Below, piece by piece: positions 1-9,479 of a stretch of DNA of 54,931 nucleotides (position 1 is its first letter; each line of letters opens with the position of its first letter). A model generated the notes under the pieces. The model was given only the letters and a program-made list of their open reading frames with translations, ran no database searches and was not told where the DNA came from. A program made the translations under genes and the position numbers. This DNA comes from Gemmatimonadaceae bacterium (GTDB taxonomy: Bacteria > Gemmatimonadota > Gemmatimonadetes > Gemmatimonadales > Gemmatimonadaceae): the NCBI GenBank assembly GCA_033763905.1, contig JANRJP010000039.1:1-54931 (forward strand). Reading direction: 5' to 3'.

Positions 1-2
1 TG

Positions 3-1739
3 ATCGGCCGTGAGCGTGGCGCTCGTCACGACGGTGGTCTTCACCCGCGCAAAAAGATCATCACGCAGGACGGCCGAGAGCTCCAGCGGCACCGCGTGCG
101 CGATCACGTTGCGCTCCTTGCCACGCACTTCGAGCCAGCGCACGTGCGGCGCCTGATCGCTGGCCGGCACCAAGGCCCGGCGCAAGGCGTCGCCGGCACT
201 CTCGAGCCGTCGGACGACACCGCGAATCTCCCCGAGCAACGGCGCCAACGCTTCGGTGCGTTCGCGATCGCTCTCGAGACGCTCTTGCACCAGCCGCAGC
301 CCGTCGGCCACGAGCGCGAACTCTCGCAGCAACACATCGAGCGACGTGGTGAGACCTTGGGCCCAGATCGCGTGCGACGCAAAGCGCTCGGTGAGCCGGA
401 GCGTACTTTCGCTGGCCTCGTCGAGTACGCGCTCAAGCAGCTCGAACAATCGCTCCGCCTCGTCGCGCGCGGCCTGCACGGACGGTGCGAGTCGCGACTG
501 CACGAGATCGAGCGACGCCACGCTGAGCAGATCCCGCTTCTCGGCGAGCCTCGCCGCGAGCGCCGGCAACAAGCCCTTGCCTCGCCGGTCGAGCCGGCCG
601 AACAGCCGCGCCAAGGCACGACGCGAGATGCTGGCCCCCAGATGGTTGCCCGCCGCGTCCTCCAAGTGATGCCCTTCGTCCACCACCAGCCGATTGAAGG
701 CCGGCAGCACGGCCGCATCGTCCCAGTTCTCGGAGGCACGCCGCACCGCGAGATCCGCCATCAACAAGTGATGATTCACCACGATCACGTCGGCCTCGGC
801 TGCGGCGCGACGCGCCTTGAACACGAAGCAGCCCGAGAACGCGGGGCACTTGAGCCGCTGGCACAGGTCGCCTTCGGCCGCGACTTCGTCCCAGATGTCC
901 GGCCGAGGCGGCGACGGCAGGTCGGCCAGCGAGCCGTCGCCCGTGCGCTCGGCCCAGGCGGCGATGCTCTCGAGTTCGCTCGCCATTTCGGCATCGAACA
1001 ACGACGCCCCTGCCCCGCGCGCCTGTTGCAGGCGCAGCAGACAGATGTAGTTCCGCCACCCCTTGAGCAACGCGAACTTCACCGGCTGATCGGTGAGCGT
1101 TTCGCGCAGGAAGGGCAGATCCTTGCCGACCAACTGCTCCTGCAAGTTGATCGTGGCCGTGCTCACGATGGTGCGCTCGCCGTTGCGCGCCGACCAGCGC
1201 AGTGCGGGCACCAGATACGCCAGCGACTTGCCGACGCCCGTACCCGCTTCGAGCAGCCCGATGCCTCCGTCGGTGTAGAGCCGCGCGATCTCGCCCGCGA
1301 GCGCCCGCTGGCTCGGGCGGTCTTCGAAGCGCGCGTGTCGCGCCGCGACCGCGCCGCCCGGTCCGAGCACCGCGTCGATGTCGTCGGCGGTGACCGGCGT
1401 TTCGTCGTGCGACACCGGAATCTCGGTCACCACGTACAGCGCACTCGCCGAGTTGTTCGTGATGGCGAAGCCAACACCGTTCTCGAACATCTTCACCGCC
1501 ACCGCGAGATCGGCATCGGACGGATCCAGCCCGCCGCTCGGGTGATTGTGAATCAGCAACTGCCCGCGCTGCGCGAAGCCGGGCAGCGCCAGCACGCTCT
1601 CGGCGTCGCCACGGGCCACCACGCGGACGGCGATCACCGCCTCCTCTTCGACCGTGCCGACAAAGCACACTTCACGCCCTCCCGCGAGCGTGACCGCCGC
1701 ACGAATCGCTTTCTGCGCGGCGGGCGAGAGGGTGATCAC
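3..1739 (-). CDS. DinG/YoaA-family ATP-dependent helicase with N-terminal JAB/MPN (RadC-like) domain; 3' end truncated by window edge
   Basis: Not in the ORF track because it runs off the edge; translated by hand from GTG at 1739 (GTGA overlap with the upstream stop). Motifs: REVCF...LIHNHPSGGLDPSDAD (JAB), EDRPSQ (Q motif), EAGTGVGKS (Walker A), STATINLQEQL, NYICL...LCQRLKCPAFSGCF (four Fe-S Cys), VVNHHLL, VVDEGHHLED. Confidence 0.9.
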   Translation of the reverse strand, partial: MITLSPAAQKAIRAAVTLAGGREVCFVGTVEEEAVIAVRVVARGDAESVLALPGFAQRGQLLIHNHPSGGLDPSDADLAVAVKMFENGVGFAITNNSASALYVVTEIPVSHDETPVTADDIDAVLGPGGAVAARHARFEDRPSQRALAGEIARLYTDGGIGLLEAGTGVGKSLAYLVPALRWSARNGERTIVSTATINLQEQLVGKDLPFLRETLTDQPVKFALLKGWRNYICLLRLQQARGAGASLFDAEMASELESIAAWAERTGDGSLADLPSPPRPDIWDEVAAEGDLCQRLKCPAFSGCFVFKARRAAAEADVIVVNHHLLMADLAVRRASENWDDAAVLPAFNRLVVDEGHHLEDAAGNHLGASISRRALARLFGRLDRRGKGLLPALAARLAEKRDLLSVASLDLVQSRLAPSVQAARDEAERLFELLERVLDEASESTLRLTERFASHAIWAQGLTTSLDVLLREFALVADGLRLVQERLESDRERTEALAPLLGEIRGVVRRLESAGDALRRALVPASDQAPHVRWLEVRGKERNVIAHAVPLELSAVLRDDLFARVKTTVVTSATLTAD

Positions 1740-3013
1740 TCCGTCTTGAGCGGCTTCTTCTTGGCCGCGGGGAACAGCACGTTGTTCAGGATCAACCGAT
1801 AGCCCGGCGAGTTGGGGTGCAGCGCGAGGTCCGTCGGCGGGCTCCCGATGTTGTGCTGCGGATCCTCCGGGTCGTGTCCGCCGAGATAGGTCCAGCTCCC
1901 CTTGCCGTAGTTGCCGTGCAGATACTTGGCCCACGGCGCCTTCTCTTCACTGCCCAGAATCGTCACGCCGGGCTTGAGCAAGGCGCGGACGAAGGACGTG
2001 GTGACGCCGTAGAAGTCGGGCAGATCGCCGCGGTGATTCTGCACGAGCATCGCCGCCACCGGATCGAACTTCGCCGCGAAGTCGAAGAGCTGGAAACTGC
2101 CCAGCGGCTGTCGACGGTTCGGCACGTTCACCTGGTGCCCATCGAAGTCGCTCATCGCGTTGACGTACTCCGACGGCTCGAGGTGCACGCCCTGCGCGGC
2201 GAAGCTGCGGGACCAGTCGAGTCGGCCGTCGGCGCCGCTCTCCACCGGCGTCCCGTCGGCGAAGGTGCCGGCGATGTCCACGCTGCGGGAGGCGAGCGCC
2301 AGCTCCAGCGTCTCGGTGGCCCCACACATCGCGAACAGGAACCCGCCGCGTTCGACGAAGGCGCGGATCTGTTCCGCGACTGCCTTCTTGAGTGTGGGCC
2401 CGTTCGCGTACCCGAGGCGCTTCGCCGCGGCGAGCATCCGCTCGCGCGACTCGACGTACCACGGCGCGTCGCGGAAGCCCAAGTGCAACTTGTTGAGCTG
2501 CCCGGTGAAGTCTTCGTGAAAGAGGTGCAGCCAATCCACCTTGCCCAGATCGCCGGCCACGACTTCGTCGTCCCAGATCTTCTGGTAGTCGATGCCCGCG
2601 TAGGTGAGCGCCAGGGTCACGGCATCGTCCCACGGGGGGCTGCCGGGCGGCGTGTACACCGCCACGCGCGGCGCGCGCTCCAATTGCACCGCGTCGGCAT
2701 TGCCCGATCCCATCTCGCGGCGGATCGCCGCCACGTCGGTGTCGCTGGCGTTCTCCACGGTCACGCCCGCCAGCAGCGCATCCCGACGTCGCGCCGGCGT
2801 GTCGCGCAGCAGGAACGCACCGCCCCGCCAATTCAGCAGCCACTCGGCGCCCGCACCGTCCTTGAGCGCTCGGTAGGTCACGCCGTAGGCCCGCAGGTGG
2901 TTCTGCTGCGCGTCGTCCATCGGAATCACCAACCACTGCGCACGCAGGGACGCGGGCACCAGCGCGCTCAGCAGTAGCGCCGCACACATCCACCACCGAC
3001 GACAGCGGGTCAC
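1736..3013 (-). CDS. Secreted class I glutamine-amidotransferase-like protein (family often labelled 'asparagine synthetase B')
   Basis: Signal peptide ending LRA-Q; LVIPMDDAQQNHLRAYG, PWDDAVTLALTYA, DWLHLFHEDFTGQ, GGFLFAMCGATET, GGHDPED, SPGYRLILNNVLFPAAKKK match this family as I recall it. No Ntn/AsnB motifs seen. Confidence 0.7.
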   Translation of the reverse strand: MTRCRRWWMCAALLLSALVPASLRAQWLVIPMDDAQQNHLRAYGVTYRALKDGAGAEWLLNWRGGAFLLRDTPARRRDALLAGVTVENASDTDVAAIRREMGSGNADAVQLERAPRVAVYTPPGSPPWDDAVTLALTYAGIDYQKIWDDEVVAGDLGKVDWLHLFHEDFTGQLNKLHLGFRDAPWYVESRERMLAAAKRLGYANGPTLKKAVAEQIRAFVERGGFLFAMCGATETLELALASRSVDIAGTFADGTPVESGADGRLDWSRSFAAQGVHLEPSEYVNAMSDFDGHQVNVPNRRQPLGSFQLFDFAAKFDPVAAMLVQNHRGDLPDFYGVTTSFVRALLKPGVTILGSEEKAPWAKYLHGNYGKGSWTYLGGHDPEDPQHNIGSPPTDLALHPNSPGYRLILNNVLFPAAKKKPLKTE

Positions 3014-4716
3014 GGCCGAGCTCCCATCCGTTCGAGTTCGCGACGCGCCTGCGGCACCAGCGCGCTCGAGGGCTGATCCAAGATCAGCGCTTCCAGATCG
3101 CTGCGCGCCTGCGTGAGCTCGCCGCGCCGAATCGCCGCGCGGGCACGAGCCAGCCGCGCTTCCGCCGCCTCAGGCGAGTTGCGGTCGCGCTGCACCAGCG
3201 CCTCCCACAAGCGCGCGGCCGCCGGCTGGTCGCGCCGCGCATCGGCGAGCCGCGCGGCCTCCAGCAGGAGAAACGACGCCGCGTCCGGCACTTCGGTCGC
3301 GGCACGCTCGAAGGCCGCCTGTGCACCCGCCGAGTCCCCACGGGCGAGCAGCAGAAAGGCGCCACCGGTCACCGGAGCCGTCGCGGTGCGCGTCCGGGTG
3401 AGCAACGACATCGCACGAGCAGCCGGACGACGACCATCGGTGAACGCGGAGAGCCCGCGCCGTGCCGTGGCGAAGTCGCCACGCCAGAAGGCCACCCAGG
3501 TTGCCGCCGGATCGTCTTCGACGGTGAGGCCTTCGGCGTCGGCCACACGCGCGGCACTGGCCAGATCGCCGGCCAGTGCGTGGCCTTCGGCCAAGGCAGC
3601 CGCCGCGCGTCGACGAGCCAGCGGGTCACGCAACGCCGACACCTCGCGCGCCGCGTCGGCGAGTCGCCCCGCCATCGCGAGAGCGCGCGTCCGCACCACG
3701 GCTCGGCGCAACGCGGTGCCCGCAGTATCCGCCGAGAGCCGCGCGAGCTCGACCAGATCCAGCGCCACGGGCGCCTCGCCGGCATCGAGGGAGGCCTCGG
3801 CGGCATCGAGGGCCACCGACGCGCGTCGGCGAATCTCGAGCGCGCTCACCAGCGCCTCACGCGCGATCAGCGGCGCCTGCATCGTGCGGGCGCGAGCGCC
3901 GAAGGCCTCCCATTCCTCCGCGGTCGAGTCGGAGGGTGGCAAGCCTTTCAGCGCGGCCCAGGCCGCTGCGGGATCGCCCCAGCCCATCCGAAGCGATGCT
4001 GCGGCGCGACGTGCGGCGTCGCCGATCGGTGGCGCCAGCAGCCCGTTCATCGTTGCCGCGCGACGTTCGGGCGGGGTGCTGCGCAGCGCGTACACCGCCG
4101 ACTCGACCAGCCACGGCGACTCGCGCATCGCCTCGCGAAACGACCGCGCCGCCTGCTCGAATCGGCCGAGCCGCACGTGCACCTGCGCGGCCTCGCTCGC
4201 CACACCGCGTGTTGATCCGAGTGCCGACACCGCATCGCCGAGCACGGAGTCGGCGGCCGCCGCCTGTCCGGCCTCGAGCAGCGCGCGAGCGGCATCGCGC
4301 CACGGTTCGGCGTCGGACGGTCGGCGTGCCGCCCACGCGGCCAGCGTCGCGCGAAACGCCGGACGCTCGGCGCTACCAGTCAGCGCCCGCAGTTTCACCG
4401 CGTAGGCCGTGCCATCGGCCGGCTGCGCGGCAATCACCGAGTCGGCGACCGCCACGAGCTCGCTTCGGCGTCCGGCCATCGTCAGCACGCGCTCCAGCCC
4501 CAGCAACCCTTGCTGACGCTCCCCTGCGGCGATGGCGCGTCGAAAGAGCACGGCGGCCGAATCGAGCTTGCCGGCATCTTCGAAGTCGAAGCCGCGCGAC
4601 AGCAACTGCGTCGGGGTCGGCGACTGCGCGCCCCCCCGTGCCAAGGGGAGGAGCGCGGAAACGAGTGCGCCGCTGACGACGAGCGCCGCGCGCCAATCAC
4701 CGCGGCGGGAGCGCAT
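3010..4716 (-). CDS. Secreted TPR-repeat protein
   Basis: Likely start ATG 4716 (MRSRRGDWRAALVVSG..., signal peptide); Ala-rich helical repeats; C-terminal TPR-like segment (ARSDLEALILDQPSSALVPQARREL). Confidence 0.7.
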   Translation of the reverse strand: MRSRRGDWRAALVVSGALVSALLPLARGGAQSPTPTQLLSRGFDFEDAGKLDSAAVLFRRAIAAGERQQGLLGLERVLTMAGRRSELVAVADSVIAAQPADGTAYAVKLRALTGSAERPAFRATLAAWAARRPSDAEPWRDAARALLEAGQAAAADSVLGDAVSALGSTRGVASEAAQVHVRLGRFEQAARSFREAMRESPWLVESAVYALRSTPPERRAATMNGLLAPPIGDAARRAAASLRMGWGDPAAAWAALKGLPPSDSTAEEWEAFGARARTMQAPLIAREALVSALEIRRRASVALDAAEASLDAGEAPVALDLVELARLSADTAGTALRRAVVRTRALAMAGRLADAAREVSALRDPLARRRAAAALAEGHALAGDLASAARVADAEGLTVEDDPAATWVAFWRGDFATARRGLSAFTDGRRPAARAMSLLTRTRTATAPVTGGAFLLLARGDSAGAQAAFERAATEVPDAASFLLLEAARLADARRDQPAAARLWEALVQRDRNSPEAAEARLARARAAIRRGELTQARSDLEALILDQPSSALVPQARRELERMGARP

Positions 4717-7700
4717 TGAGCCGCCGGAAGTAATCCCCCACCAACCGCCGCTCTTCCGCCGAGAGGCCGCGGAGCGCCTCCGCCGACGGCGCCAGCACGG
4801 CCGCGCCGCTGCCCTTGCCGTCGACCGCTCCGGCACCGACGGCACGGCCCGACTTGGCCTCGCGCTGCCCTTCGGTGTCCTGCTCCTGTTGCTCGAACGA
4901 TTTGCCGGCGTCGAGCAGCCGACGGAACAACTGCTGCTGGCGCGCGAGCGTCTCGCGGTCGGGCCCGCCCTGCTCAAGTCGCTCGGCGATCTTCTTCGCT
5001 TCGTTGGCCATCGCGTCCGTCTTGCCGGTCGCGTCATCCGCGCCCGCTTCATTGAGCTGTCGCGCAATCGCCCGTTGCTGCTGCGCCAAGGCGCGCAACG
5101 CGCTCTGCTGCTGGGCGCGCTGCTGCGGCGTCAGCGCCATCAGCTGCTGCGCCTGCTGGGTCGCATTGCCCTGCTGTTGCGCGGCCTTCTTCAGGTCTTC
5201 CAGCATCTCCGAGAAGCCGGACGCACTTTCACTCTTGTTGACGCGCTCCCGGTCGCGGGCCAACTGCTGCGCCGCCTGCTGCAATTGCTCCGCCGCGCGA
5301 CGCATCGCCTCGGCGCGCTGCGCGGCCGTACCCTGGCGACCGTCCGCCATCTGCTTCGCCGCGTCCTGCACCTGCTTCTTGGCCTCGGCCATCGCGCGCT
5401 GCGACCGCTGCGAGACGAGTGACGTGGACTTGCCCGTCGCCCCCAGCCGCTCACTGGCCTTCTCGATCCCCTGCTGGACCGCGTTCTGATCGCCGCGCAT
5501 CTGCGACGGATCGCCCCCGGACTGCGCCTGCGCGGCCAGGTCCTGCTGCTGCTGCGCGAGCTGCTGCAGCTCCTGCGACGCGCGGTCGAGCTCCTGCGCG
5601 ATGTCCTTCTTCCACTCGTTGATCTGGGCGTCGCGTCCCTGCTTGAGGGACTCGGCGGCCTTCTTCATCGCTTGCGCTGCGGACTTGGCATCTTGCGCCG
5701 CCTGCTTGGGATCCTGCTTCGCCTTGTCGGCCGCTTGCTGCATCTCGCGGGCGGCCTCGCGCGATTCCGCCTTTGCATCGCGCGCGCCGTCCGCCCCCGC
5801 CTGTGCCTTTTCCTGCTGCAAGCGCTGTTGCAACTGCTCGGCATCCTTCGCGAATCGCTCGGTGCGCTCGGCGAGCTTCTTCGCCGCAGCCGCCCGCGAC
5901 GAATCCGCGCCCTTGGCGGCCATCGAGTCGGCCATCGCCTGTTCGCGCGCGGCGAGTTCGGCGGCTTCGTCCTTGAGCGTCTCCATCGCGCCTTCCAGGG
6001 CCGCACGCTTGAGCAGCGCGGCACTCCGCTCCAACTGCTCGCGCAGCTTCTGCTGATCCTGCTTGAGTTGCGTCATCTGCGCGGCGGCATCGTCTGCCGA
6101 CAGCGACGATGCCGCCGCCTCCAGTTGACGCAGCTTCTCGGCCATCTCGGGTGTCAGCGCATCCTTCAGCAATTGCTGCACTTCGCGCAGCCGCTGCGAC
6201 AGCGCGCTATCGAGACCACCGGCCTGCTGCAACCGACGCTCCAACGACGCCGCCTGCTCCGCGACATCCCGGGCGCGCTCGGCGGCACGCCGCTGCTCGG
6301 CCGCCAACGCCTTGGCCTGCTCCGCCTGCGCGAAGTCCATCGTCTTCTCGCCACGCGCGGCGGCCGCGCTCCGCGTCCGTGCCTCGTCGGCCATCTTGCG
6401 CTCGAGCGCCCGCTGCGCCGTGGCGGCGCGCGCGGCGGCGGCGGCCGCGGAATCGGCCGCTTCACGCGCCAAGGCGCGCTGCTCGTCCAACGACGGCACC
6501 CGCAACAGCACCTCACGACTGCGCGCCAGCTGCTTCCACGGCGACGCATCGACGGCTTCCGCCACGATGCGGAGCGCATCCCCCGGCTCCAGGCCGCGCG
6601 CGGCGGCATCGAGCACCTGCACGCCGCTCCACGCGGTGCCCGGCGCATCAGCCAAGGTGACGCTGCCGAGCGCGCGCTCCCCACCGTCGGCCAACCGACG
6701 CCAGGCCCAGAGCCGCACCACACCCAAGCCGTGGTCGTCCTGCGCGGCAATCGTGACCGGAATGCGTTCGCCCAGCGCGGTGGTCGTGTCGCGCGCCGGC
6801 GAGAGAATCACTACCAGTGGAGCGGAATCCGGCAACACATCCACGGCGAGCGGACGCGGCAGTTCGATCGTCGGGCCGGAGTCACGCGCGGTGGCGGTCC
6901 ACCCCCAGACGAGCGAACGATCCGCCACCAGCTCACCGGTGACGCGCGAACCGTCCCGACCCACGACGAGCGCCCGCGACTCGCCGCCAGCGCGCAGCGC
7001 CACCGACGTCACCGGGACGGAGGCCAACGCAGACATCACGAGCCGCGTGCCGCGCGGGACGCGCATCGCATCGCCCGGGGCGATGTCCTCGGCCTCGCGG
7101 CCGAGATACGCCGGATACACCGCCCGCACGGTCAGATCGCCGATGTACGGGCGCTCCACGACGCGGATCACCGTCGTGTCACTGCGCTGCCTCCCGTCGG
7201 TCGCCACGAGCGCGAGATCCGCTTCGGCACGGCCCAAGGGCAACAGCGCGCGTCCGTTCCGAACCTCGAGCGTGCGCGTCTGCCAGGGCGCGCCGACCTG
7301 ATGCAGTCGCACGCTGATCGTGCGACGGCCGTCTGCCGCGACGGCGGCCTCGATCACACTCCCGCGAACGGCGAGGGCCGGCGCCTCGATCTCGAGCGGC
7401 GGCACCAACGTCCCCGCGGCGGCGCGCAGCGGGTGCACCGCCGCCGCCCAGCCGTCCGGCGCGAGCCGCGACGTCACGATCGCCACCACGACGGCCGCGC
7501 TGCCAACCGCGGCCATCTGCATCGCCCCGCGACGCCACCGCGACCGCCACGAGGGCGCCCACGCGGTGCCGACGCGATCCCGCACCAACTCGGCCGCGCG
7601 CGCGCCGAGCGCCCCGTCGCGCTCCACCTCCAGCGCGCCGCGAAGCATCCCGTGACGCAGGCCGCCTTCCCGCTCCACCGCGTCGGCGGCGGCGATTGCC

Positions 7701-7942
7701 GTGAGCTCCCGCGACGCCCGACGCGACGCGCGCCACCAGAGCGCCGCCGCCGACGCGATGGCCAGCAACCACGCAACGAACGGCACGGTGCGTGGCCACG
7801 ACAACCAGCGCGCATCGGCCAATGCCCACGCCGCAGCGGTGAAGACGAGTGCCGCGACAGTGACCGCGGCGCCGACCGTGTGCACCGCGAGCCATCGCGC
7901 CGCAGCCCGGGCGATTGCGTCGACCTGCGTGCGCAGCGTCAC
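4697..7942 (-). CDS. DUF4175-family membrane-anchored coiled-coil protein
   Basis: Likely start GTG 7942 (GTGA overlap with the DUF4159 stop); N-terminal TM helices, beta-rich region (YPAYLGR, DSAPLV, AQDDHGL), long Gln/Ala coiled coil, C-terminal LVGDYFRRL. Confidence 0.7.
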   Translation of the reverse strand: MTLRTQVDAIARAAARWLAVHTVGAAVTVAALVFTAAAWALADARWLSWPRTVPFVAWLLAIASAAALWWRASRRASRELTAIAAADAVEREGGLRHGMLRGALEVERDGALGARAAELVRDRVGTAWAPSWRSRWRRGAMQMAAVGSAAVVVAIVTSRLAPDGWAAAVHPLRAAAGTLVPPLEIEAPALAVRGSVIEAAVAADGRRTISVRLHQVGAPWQTRTLEVRNGRALLPLGRAEADLALVATDGRQRSDTTVIRVVERPYIGDLTVRAVYPAYLGREAEDIAPGDAMRVPRGTRLVMSALASVPVTSVALRAGGESRALVVGRDGSRVTGELVADRSLVWGWTATARDSGPTIELPRPLAVDVLPDSAPLVVILSPARDTTTALGERIPVTIAAQDDHGLGVVRLWAWRRLADGGERALGSVTLADAPGTAWSGVQVLDAAARGLEPGDALRIVAEAVDASPWKQLARSREVLLRVPSLDEQRALAREAADSAAAAAARAATAQRALERKMADEARTRSAAAARGEKTMDFAQAEQAKALAAEQRRAAERARDVAEQAASLERRLQQAGGLDSALSQRLREVQQLLKDALTPEMAEKLRQLEAAASSLSADDAAAQMTQLKQDQQKLREQLERSAALLKRAALEGAMETLKDEAAELAAREQAMADSMAAKGADSSRAAAAKKLAERTERFAKDAEQLQQRLQQEKAQAGADGARDAKAESREAAREMQQAADKAKQDPKQAAQDAKSAAQAMKKAAESLKQGRDAQINEWKKDIAQELDRASQELQQLAQQQQDLAAQAQSGGDPSQMRGDQNAVQQGIEKASERLGATGKSTSLVSQRSQRAMAEAKKQVQDAAKQMADGRQGTAAQRAEAMRRAAEQLQQAAQQLARDRERVNKSESASGFSEMLEDLKKAAQQQGNATQQAQQLMALTPQQRAQQQSALRALAQQQRAIARQLNEAGADDATGKTDAMANEAKKIAERLEQGGPDRETLARQQQLFRRLLDAGKSFEQQEQDTEGQREAKSGRAVGAGAVDGKGSGAAVLAPSAEALRGLSAEERRLVGDYFRRLNALPPR

Positions 7943-8604
7943 GAGGCAGGCCGACTGGTGACGGCGTACACCACGAGATTCACGCCCATCCGCAGGGCCT
8001 GCTCGTGCTTCTCCGGCGGATCCTCCGGATAGGTGCCCACGTCCTCCCACCCGTTGCCGAGATCGCTTTCGTGCGAGTAGAACACGGCCAGCCGGTCGCC
8101 GATGAAGATGCCGTACCCGCGCGGCGGCTTGCCGTCGTGCTCGTGAATCTTCGGCAAGCCGCGCAGCGGATACACCGCGCGATAGACCGGATGCGACGTC
8201 GGCACTTCGACCAGCGGTCGATCCGGGAACACGCGGGCGATCTCGCGGCGGAAGCTCGGATCGAGTCCGTAGTTGTCGTCCGCGTGCAGGAAGCCGCCGC
8301 GCAGGAGGTACTCGCGCAGGCGCACGACATCGGCGTCGGTCAGCTTGATCTCGCCGTGTCCGGTCAGGTGCACGAACGGGGCATCGAACAAGCGGTCGTC
8401 GGTGGGCCGCAAGCGCAGTTCCTGAGGCGACACGCGCAGGCTCGTGCGCGTCCGCACCGCCGCGATGAGATTCGGCAGCGATGACGGATTGGCGTACCAG
8501 TCGCCGCCACCTTCGTACTGCAGGCGCGCAATGGTGATCTCGCGGGGGGCGGGCGCCGTGCCGACCAGCAGGCACGTCGAGAGCCCGAGGACGAGCCGCC
8601 TCAC
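7939..8604 (-). CDS. DUF4159 domain protein
   Basis: IARLQYEGGGDWYANPSSLPNL, HLTGHG, GGFLHADDNYGLD, GLPKIHEHDG, ESDLGNGWED, ALRMGVNL. Confidence 0.85.
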   Translation of the reverse strand: MRRLVLGLSTCLLVGTAPAPREITIARLQYEGGGDWYANPSSLPNLIAAVRTRTSLRVSPQELRLRPTDDRLFDAPFVHLTGHGEIKLTDADVVRLREYLLRGGFLHADDNYGLDPSFRREIARVFPDRPLVEVPTSHPVYRAVYPLRGLPKIHEHDGKPPRGYGIFIGDRLAVFYSHESDLGNGWEDVGTYPEDPPEKHEQALRMGVNLVVYAVTSRPAS

Positions 8605-9479
8605 GGTTCGTCCCCGGCCTCGTCGCCCGCTCCCGCGCCTGCCCCGAGCGCGGCGCGATACGCGGCATTGCGCGCGAGCCCCATCGTGTCCATCAGCTCC
8701 CGTTGAATCGTCCGACTGTCGGCTCCGTCGGCGCGCCGTTGCGCCACGAAGGCCGCAATCTCGCTTGCCGCTGGCGGTGGTGGTACCGGCGCGCCGTCGA
8801 GGACGAGCACCAGTTCTCCCTTCGGCGTCTCTGCTGCGTAATACGCGGCGAGTTCCTGCACCGTTCCGCGTCGGAACTCCTCGAACTTCTTCGTGAGCTC
8901 GCGTGCCACGCAGCCGCGTCGCTGGCCGAGGCCGCCGGCGACGAGATCCGCGAGCGTTTCGTGCAGCCGTGGCGGCGCCTCGTAGAGCACCGCGGTGTGG
9001 GGCAACGCGGCCAGTTCCGCCACGCGCGCGGCCCGCTCGCCGCCCTTGCGCGGGAGGAACCCGTAGAACGTGAACGGCACCGCCGCGAAGCCGCTACCGA
9101 CGAGCGCCGCGAGCACGGCCGATGCCCCCGGCACCGGTACGACCGCCACACCGGCGGCCGTCGCCGCCTCCACCAGCCGCCCGCCCGGATCGCTCACCAG
9201 CGGCGTCCCGGCGTCGCTGATCAGCGCGGCCGTCCCGCCGTCGCGCAATCGCGCGAGCACGCGGGCGAGCATCGCCTGCTCGTTGTGCGCGTGGAACGAT
9301 TCGAGCGGCGTGGTCGCCCCGATGTGCTGCAGCAGCGGTCGGCTGTGCCGCGTGTCTTCCGCGTACACCACGTCGACAGTCGACAGCACCGCCGCGGCGC
9401 GGGGAGACAGGTCTCCCAAGTTGCCGATCGGGGTGGCGACGACGTACAGCGTGCCGGGGGCGAGGCCCTCAGCTACCAC
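8601..9479 (-). CDS. rsmI: 16S rRNA (cytidine1402-2'-O)-methyltransferase
   Basis: GTLYVVATPIGNLGDLSPRA, AEDTRHS, SDAGTPLVSDPG, RELTKKFEE; start placed at GTG 9479. Confidence 0.95.
   Translation of the reverse strand: MVAEGLAPGTLYVVATPIGNLGDLSPRAAAVLSTVDVVYAEDTRHSRPLLQHIGATTPLESFHAHNEQAMLARVLARLRDGGTAALISDAGTPLVSDPGGRLVEAATAAGVAVVPVPGASAVLAALVGSGFAAVPFTFYGFLPRKGGERAARVAELAALPHTAVLYEAPPRLHETLADLVAGGLGQRRGCVARELTKKFEEFRRGTVQELAAYYAAETPKGELVLVLDGAPVPPPPAASEIAAFVAQRRADGADSRTIQRELMDTMGLARNAAYRAALGAGAGAGDEAGDEP

Noticed and set aside
3..1739. DinG as part of a type IV CRISPR or defence locus
   Set aside because: No csf/cas genes or array in the window and the context is housekeeping/envelope; sequence beyond the left edge is not visible.
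96..1802. 568-aa plus-strand ORF
   Set aside because: Antisense shadow of the DinG helicase, which carries all the conserved motifs.
4697..8668. ORF-track N-terminal extensions (also rsmI, prmC, prfA, rplY, lolA, ispE, DUF4105) read as gene fusions
   Set aside because: Extensions overlap real upstream genes in another frame and are Arg/Pro-rich noise; true starts sit at stop/start overlaps or SD-preceded codons.
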